Shown one piece after another: positions 58,973-64,000 of a DNA stretch of 64,000 nt. The stretch lies in the sequence record LR756501.1, one strand, 5' to 3'. How positions within the stretch are numbered: position 1 is the first letter of the stretch; each line of letters opens with the position of its first letter. Under the pieces are notes generated by a model, which did no database searches, was not told where the DNA came from, and saw only the letters and a program-made list of their open reading frames with translations. The position numbers were made by a program, and so were the translations under genes.

Positions 58973-59350
58973 TTTACCAACCTGTCTTGAAGCCATTAAA
59001 ATACTATATCTGTTTTCAGTATAGAGTTTAATAATATCTTTTTGGTAATCTCTAAGTTTCATTTGTCCTACAGTACCATCTTCCAATTTAATTTTACAAT
59101 AATGCTCGGCGAAATAATATACTGATAATTTACATTTAATATATTCTTCTAACTCCTCGGGAGTCATAGCAAATTTGATACCTTTTCTACGTACTCCTTC
59201 TAAGTTATTGAACCATAATTTCTCTGTTCTCTTTAATTGTAGAGCTAGTTTTTCTTTCTCTAAAATTTCACGAACCTTTATCGTTGTTATGATATTGGTC
59301 TCGTCACGTTTAGCATCAGCTCTAATAGTTTCCTCTTTTTTCTTTGCCAT
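58805..59350 (-). CDS. terL: terminase large subunit, N-terminal part, ending in a 55-aa split N-intein
   Basis: YFAEHYCKI, LRDYQKDII, Walker A ASRQVGK|CIDF. Confidence 0.92.
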   Translation of the reverse strand: MAKKKEETIRADAKRDETNIITTIKVREILEKEKLALQLKRTEKLWFNNLEGVRRKGIKFAMTPEELEEYIKCKLSVYYFAEHYCKIKLEDGTVGQMKLRDYQKDIIKLYTENRYSILMASRQVGKCIDFTSVLTVMDDPTGYVYKINIGKLYYQTLAKHRKLTTLEKVKVFLYKLLEKLD

Positions 59351-59543
59351 AATTTAAAATTTTTGTCTAAAAAACTAGTTTCCAGAATTTTTTTTTAATA
59401 TATATAAAATACTTTATGACCAAATTACAAACAACCACATTTCTATTATTTTTTAAAAATTATTAAACCTTATATTGAGATTAGTATATAAAATCAATAT
59501 GAAGTGGAGGTATTGGTATGCCGCGAAAAAAGAATAATTAAAC

Positions 59544-60293
59544 ATGACAGAAGATTTAGAACCAAAAGATGACGAACTAGAAAACCTCAATGAAGATGAA
59601 ATAAAAGACGAACTACTTGAAGCTGATCTTCTTATGCAGGAAGAAATGGACTACGAAGAATTTGAAGAAAAATTGGAAGCATTAGTTGATGTAGATGATG
59701 TGGATGAAGATGAAGATGAAGAAAAAGAAAGTATTAATAATAGTATAAACTACGATGAGGCTGAAAGTGAATTAGATGTATATTTTAAATACGGTACAAA
59801 TAATCACAAACTGGATGGTAAACATAGTTTAAAGAGAGATACTATTTTAAATGGAAAATTGACGGAAGGAAGTGATCTTGATGACGCCACCCAATTGCAC
59901 GGAATGGAATTCGAATTACACGACACTGGTGATATTCCAATAGAAAGAGGCAGTATGTTTGAGGAAGAAAGTAAACACGCTGAAGACGTACAAGTTAAAA
60001 GGAAATTGGCAGAGGACGTTTATTATCTTTTGAAAAACAATACAGAGTTAGATTTTAGATCCAATAGAAGAAAACCAAATAAAGCAACGTTTAATAATTA
60101 CTACAAAATGCTTTTAGCCAATATTGATAAACAATATACTAAGAGTGAAATATTCGTTGAACTGGCTTATTATTTCACAGATAATATATTCAATATGTAC
60201 AAATTATTGGATAAGAAATACGCAACAACAATTATTATGGAATTACGTGAAAAAGGGTTCTTAAATAATTTGAATTCTATCAATTTCATGTAA
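59544..60293 (+). CDS. hypothetical protein with acidic N-terminus
   Basis: 249-aa ORF. Confidence 0.7.
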   Translation: MTEDLEPKDDELENLNEDEIKDELLEADLLMQEEMDYEEFEEKLEALVDVDDVDEDEDEEKESINNSINYDEAESELDVYFKYGTNNHKLDGKHSLKRDTILNGKLTEGSDLDDATQLHGMEFELHDTGDIPIERGSMFEEESKHAEDVQVKRKLAEDVYYLLKNNTELDFRSNRRKPNKATFNNYYKMLLANIDKQYTKSEIFVELAYYFTDNIFNMYKLLDKKYATTIIMELREKGFLNNLNSINFM

Positions 60294-60357
60294 ACTTCAT
60301 GCTTGTTAGCATGTATAATCAAAGCTTTCTAGCAATTAAAAAAATTAATATTAGAAT

Positions 60358-63300
60358 ATGAAAGGTAATCAATTTACAGACGAACTAAGTCGCGAAATAT
60401 ACGAACAAACATATAAATACGGCGATGAAACAATAGACACTACACAAGAAAGAATAGCCCGAGATATTGCTTCAAATGAAGCAGACCCGGAGAAATGGAC
60501 CAAGGAATTTCTTTCTGTACTAGAAGATTTTAAATTCGTTCCAGGTGGTAGAATTATATCCAACGCTGGAACACAAATCAGAGGAACTACATATATTAAC
60601 TGCTTTGTCGACGGGTTCGTTGGTAAAGACCAAGATTCAATAGGCGGAATACTCGAAGCACTAAAAAGACAAGCCTTTATCCTTAAATCAGAAGGAGGTT
60701 ACGGATTTTGCGCTGACGTTATGCGTCCTAGAGGTGGTTATATAGAAGGTATAGCCAACGATACACCAGGGGCAGTTAAATGGTTAGATAACTGGAACAC
60801 CCAATCAGACGTTATTACCGCTGGTAGTGGTAGAAAATCTGGTAATAAAAAGGCTAAACAGAAAATTCGTAAAGGTGCTCAAATGGTAACTATGTCCTGC
60901 TGGCATCCTGATATTGAAGAATTCATTACAGCTAAACAAACATCAGGTAGATTAGATAAATTCAATATGAGTTTACTTATTACTGATGATTTTATGGACG
61001 CTGTTATGAATAACAAGAAATGGGATCTTATATTTCCAGATTTCGATAAAGTAAAACAATATTATAACGATAACTGGGACGGTAACCTCGGTAAATGGAT
61101 ATTAGACGGTAACCCAGTTAAAGTCTATAAAACCTTTAAAGACGCTAACGAACTCTGGGACCTTATTATGAAATCTACTTACAACAGAAACGAACCAGGT
61201 GTTCTTTTCGTTGATACAATGAATAGATTAAATAACCTAGCTTATTGTGAATATATCAGTGCCACCAACCCATGTATAGTAGGAGACACCTTAATCGCTG
61301 TTGCTGACGGTAGGAATGCTGTTAGTATAAGACAATTAACGGAAGAAGGTAAAGACGTTCCGGTATATTCAACAAACGCTGAAGGTAGGTTAGAAATTAA
61401 ATGGGGAAGAAATCCAAGATTAACTGGTAAAAAGAAAGAGGTTTGGAAATTAACTATGGATGATGAATCTACTTTTATAGCTACTCCTGATCACAAAATG
61501 TATTTAAAGAATAATACTTATAAAGAATTGAAAGAACTTCAAGTTGGTGATTCCTTATCTTCATTTTATTCTTTTGATTCCAACAGAGGGTATAGACAAA
61601 TTGCCCAGATTGGTCAAAAAATGATTGGTGGAAGATATAGGAATAGAAGACAATATAGAGTAATTTATGAATTCTTTAATGGTATTGGTGTAGATTACAA
61701 ACAATTTTCTATTCATCACAAAGATTTCGACAACCAAAATGATTCTATTAGTAATTTAGAACTTATGCCAGTTGAAGAACATAAACATTTACATTCTGAT
61801 AGAATAAAAGGGTCAGCTAATCCATATCATAGAATGTCCGATGAACAAAAATTCGCTTTCGCTTCACATCCAGGTGAAAAAAATCCTAAATATACAGGTA
61901 TAACTAATGACGTTCTTTTACAAAAAGCAAAAGAACTTTATAAAAGAGACGGTAAAATCACAATAGATTCCTGGATAAAATACGCAAAAGAAAATGAATT
62001 ACCATATACAGTAACCAATGATTTTAGATTTAAAACTTTTAATAATTTTAAGAGACAAGTTGTTGATAATCATAAAGTTGTTAGTGTGGAATTTCACGGA
62101 TATGAAGATGTTTATAATATAACAGTGGATGATAACCACAATTATAATGTGATAACATCTTTTGATGATAATAAATATATTAGAAGCGGTGGTATTTGTG
62201 TTAAAAATTGCGGGGAACAAATCCTTCCGATTGGTGGTGTTTGTCTTTTAGGAAATCTTAATTTAACTCAATTTATTAAAGAAGATTTATCTGGTTGGGA
62301 TTACGATAAATTAAAAAAGGTTATTCCTGTGGCTGTTAGGTTTATGGATAACGTTAATGATTTAACTTACGTGCCTCTTGAAGATCAGAAAGATAATCTG
62401 ATGAATAAGAGAAGAATTGGTTTGGGTATTCTTGGTTACGGTAGTGCTCTTCTTATTATGAAGAAAAGATACGGTAGTCCCGATGCTATTCAACAAACAG
62501 AAGAACTTATGAGTTTTATAGCCAATACAGCCTACCAATCATCTGCTCTTTTAGCTAAAGAAAAGGGGCCATTCTTACTCTACGATGAAGAAAAATATTT
62601 AAAGAGCGAATATCTGAAAAATCTTTCAGACGAAACAAGAGCATTAATAAAGAAACACGGAATTAGAAATTCACATCTACTTAGTATTCAACCAACTGGT
62701 AACAGTTCCATTTTAGCAAATGTTGCTTCAGGTGGTCTTGAACCAGTATTCTTATTTGAGTATGTTAGAACTGTTATTCAACCTTACGCTCCTGATGGAC
62801 TTGTATTACCACAGAATGTAGATTGGGTGGGATTATCTTTTGGTATGCCTGGTGACGGTAAGCCTTTCCAAGAATGGAAGTGGATTAAAGAAGGTGACGA
62901 GAATATGTTGAAAACAGAATTCAACGGAGTTATCTTTAAATACGATAGAGGGCGTGGTATTCTTAAAGAATCAGTAGTTAAAGATTACGGAGTTCGTTTC
63001 CTTGAACAAAGAGGCGAGTGGGACCCCAGTGCAAATTGGGCAGCCAACATTAACAACTTAAAAATAGAAGAACATATCAACTCAATGAAAGTAATTTCAA
63101 AGTATATTGACTCTTCTATGTCTAAGACTATCAATCTTCCAAGTGATTATAAATTTGAAGATTTCAAACACGTTTATATTGATCTTTATAAGAGTGGAAC
63201 TATCAAAGGTGGAACTACTTATAGAGCAGGAACAATGGCAACTGTAATAAAGAAGAAAGATGAAGAAGAAGTACAACAAGCCACTCAAGAAAATAATGTA

Positions 63301-63840
63301 CCTAAACGTCCAAAAGTTTTAGAGTGTGATGTTGTAAGATTTACGAATAAAGGTGAAAAATGGATTGGTTTTATTGGATTGAAAAACGCTTCACCTTACG
63401 AAATATTTACTGGTCTTGCTGAATCTTTCGTTGTACCTGGTTGGGTAGAAAAAGGATTTATAAGAAAAGAGAAAGTAAAGAATAAAGAGGGCGTACTTGT
63501 ATCTAGATATGACTTTGTATATAAGGATAAAGAAGATTACGAAGTTATAATGACTGGTTTGAATAGAGCTTTTCAACGTGAATATTGGAACATTGGTAAA
63601 ATGACCAGTGCTCTTTTAAGACACCATATTCATCTTCCATCTGTAATTGAAATCGTGGAATCATTAAATCTTGATGGTGACGTGATGGGAACTTGGAAGA
63701 AAGGTATGACTAGAATGTTAAAAAAGTATGTTAAACCCGAAGACGGTGGAGATACTTGTCCTGTTTGTGGTTCTAGTAACTTAGTCTACAAGGAGAATTG
63801 TATATCTTGTTTAGACTGTTCTTGGAGTAAATGTGAATAA
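60358..63840 (+). CDS. nrdJ: class II (B12-dependent) ribonucleotide reductase with intein and C-terminal Zn ribbon
   Basis: FVPGGRIISNAG, NCFV, KGAQM, NP|intein|CGEQ, IQPTG, GLEP, CPVC...C..C. Confidence 0.88.
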   Translation: MKGNQFTDELSREIYEQTYKYGDETIDTTQERIARDIASNEADPEKWTKEFLSVLEDFKFVPGGRIISNAGTQIRGTTYINCFVDGFVGKDQDSIGGILEALKRQAFILKSEGGYGFCADVMRPRGGYIEGIANDTPGAVKWLDNWNTQSDVITAGSGRKSGNKKAKQKIRKGAQMVTMSCWHPDIEEFITAKQTSGRLDKFNMSLLITDDFMDAVMNNKKWDLIFPDFDKVKQYYNDNWDGNLGKWILDGNPVKVYKTFKDANELWDLIMKSTYNRNEPGVLFVDTMNRLNNLAYCEYISATNPCIVGDTLIAVADGRNAVSIRQLTEEGKDVPVYSTNAEGRLEIKWGRNPRLTGKKKEVWKLTMDDESTFIATPDHKMYLKNNTYKELKELQVGDSLSSFYSFDSNRGYRQIAQIGQKMIGGRYRNRRQYRVIYEFFNGIGVDYKQFSIHHKDFDNQNDSISNLELMPVEEHKHLHSDRIKGSANPYHRMSDEQKFAFASHPGEKNPKYTGITNDVLLQKAKELYKRDGKITIDSWIKYAKENELPYTVTNDFRFKTFNNFKRQVVDNHKVVSVEFHGYEDVYNITVDDNHNYNVITSFDDNKYIRSGGICVKNCGEQILPIGGVCLLGNLNLTQFIKEDLSGWDYDKLKKVIPVAVRFMDNVNDLTYVPLEDQKDNLMNKRRIGLGILGYGSALLIMKKRYGSPDAIQQTEELMSFIANTAYQSSALLAKEKGPFLLYDEEKYLKSEYLKNLSDETRALIKKHGIRNSHLLSIQPTGNSSILANVASGGLEPVFLFEYVRTVIQPYAPDGLVLPQNVDWVGLSFGMPGDGKPFQEWKWIKEGDENMLKTEFNGVIFKYDRGRGILKESVVKDYGVRFLEQRGEWDPSANWAANINNLKIEEHINSMKVISKYIDSSMSKTINLPSDYKFEDFKHVYIDLYKSGTIKGGTTYRAGTMATVIKKKDEEEVQQATQENNVPKRPKVLECDVVRFTNKGEKWIGFIGLKNASPYEIFTGLAESFVVPGWVEKGFIRKEKVKNKEGVLVSRYDFVYKDKEDYEVIMTGLNRAFQREYWNIGKMTSALLRHHIHLPSVIEIVESLNLDGDVMGTWKKGMTRMLKKYVKPEDGGDTCPVCGSSNLVYKENCISCLDCSWSKCE
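61273..62208 (+). mobile_element. 312-aa cis intein with HNH homing endonuclease at the RNR catalytic Cys
   Basis: TNP|CIVGDT...ATPDH...IHHKDFDNQNDSISNLELM...HKHLH...VYNITV...GICVKN|CGE. Confidence 0.9.
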
Positions 63841-63843
63841 AAC

Positions 63844-63874
63844 AAAAAACCCAGTCATTTGACTGGGTTTTTCT
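63844..63874. terminator. bidirectional terminator (CCCAGTC family)
   Basis: AAAAAACCCAGTC-ATTT-GACTGGGTTTTT. Confidence 0.85.
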
Positions 63875-64000
63875 TTATACCTTTAATCCTAGTGATTTTA
63901 GATAATCCACATTAATAATCTTTTCACCAGATTTCTTAATATCAGTAATTGCTTTCTGAATGACCTCTTTACCTCTTGGTGTATCAGCAAGTAACTGCAA
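63875..64000 (-). CDS. 3' end of a gene entering from the right edge
   Basis: Open frame LQLLADTPRGKEVIQK...SLGLKV* ending at the terminator. Confidence 0.6.
   Translation of the reverse strand: MQLLADTPRGKEVIQKAITDIKKSGEKIINVDYLKSLGLKV

Noticed and set aside
452-63576. Many short antisense or out-of-frame ORFs in the track (for example 452-649, 15007-15503, 21083-21472, 38014-38340, 50335-50568)
   Set aside because: Shadows of longer, motif-bearing genes, with composition mirroring the opposite frame
1-64000. Stop-codon reassignment
   Set aside because: Core genes are full length in code 11, and TGA/TAG act as stops, often in ATGA overlaps

Overview
Very AT-rich, densely coding 64-kb segment of a large (jumbo) T4-like myophage read in the standard genetic code. 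The probable host is Bacteroidota/FCB group, based on TAnnTTTG promoter boxes, A-rich translation starts without Shine-Dalgarno motifs, SprB/FN3-like domains and Bacteroidota-type lipoproteins. Core genes are a baseplate wedge, a 1285-aa tail sheath, tail tube, gp26/gp51-like chaperones, gp32-like SSB, an intein-containing class II ribonucleotide reductase, and a terminase large subunit split into two genes 12.4 kb apart joined by an atypically split intein. Accessory genes include glycosyltransferases (one AAH/TibC-like), CoaD and CoaE, an HDAC-family deacetylase next to a GNAT-motif protein, a cytochrome c lipoprotein, an RNA ligase, a radical SAM enzyme and two free-standing endonucleases. 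Two observations stand out. First, about 20 unrelated proteins start with a T4 capsid-targeting-like peptide, and 10 unrelated proteins share a DPYGEExW peptide that I do not recognise from any described family. Second, a ~1-kb GC-richer noncoding locus holds several highly base-paired RNA domains with their own promoters, boxA-like sites and terminator. No tRNA, rRNA or CRISPR array was recognised. All family assignments are from motif recognition by eye, not database searches.
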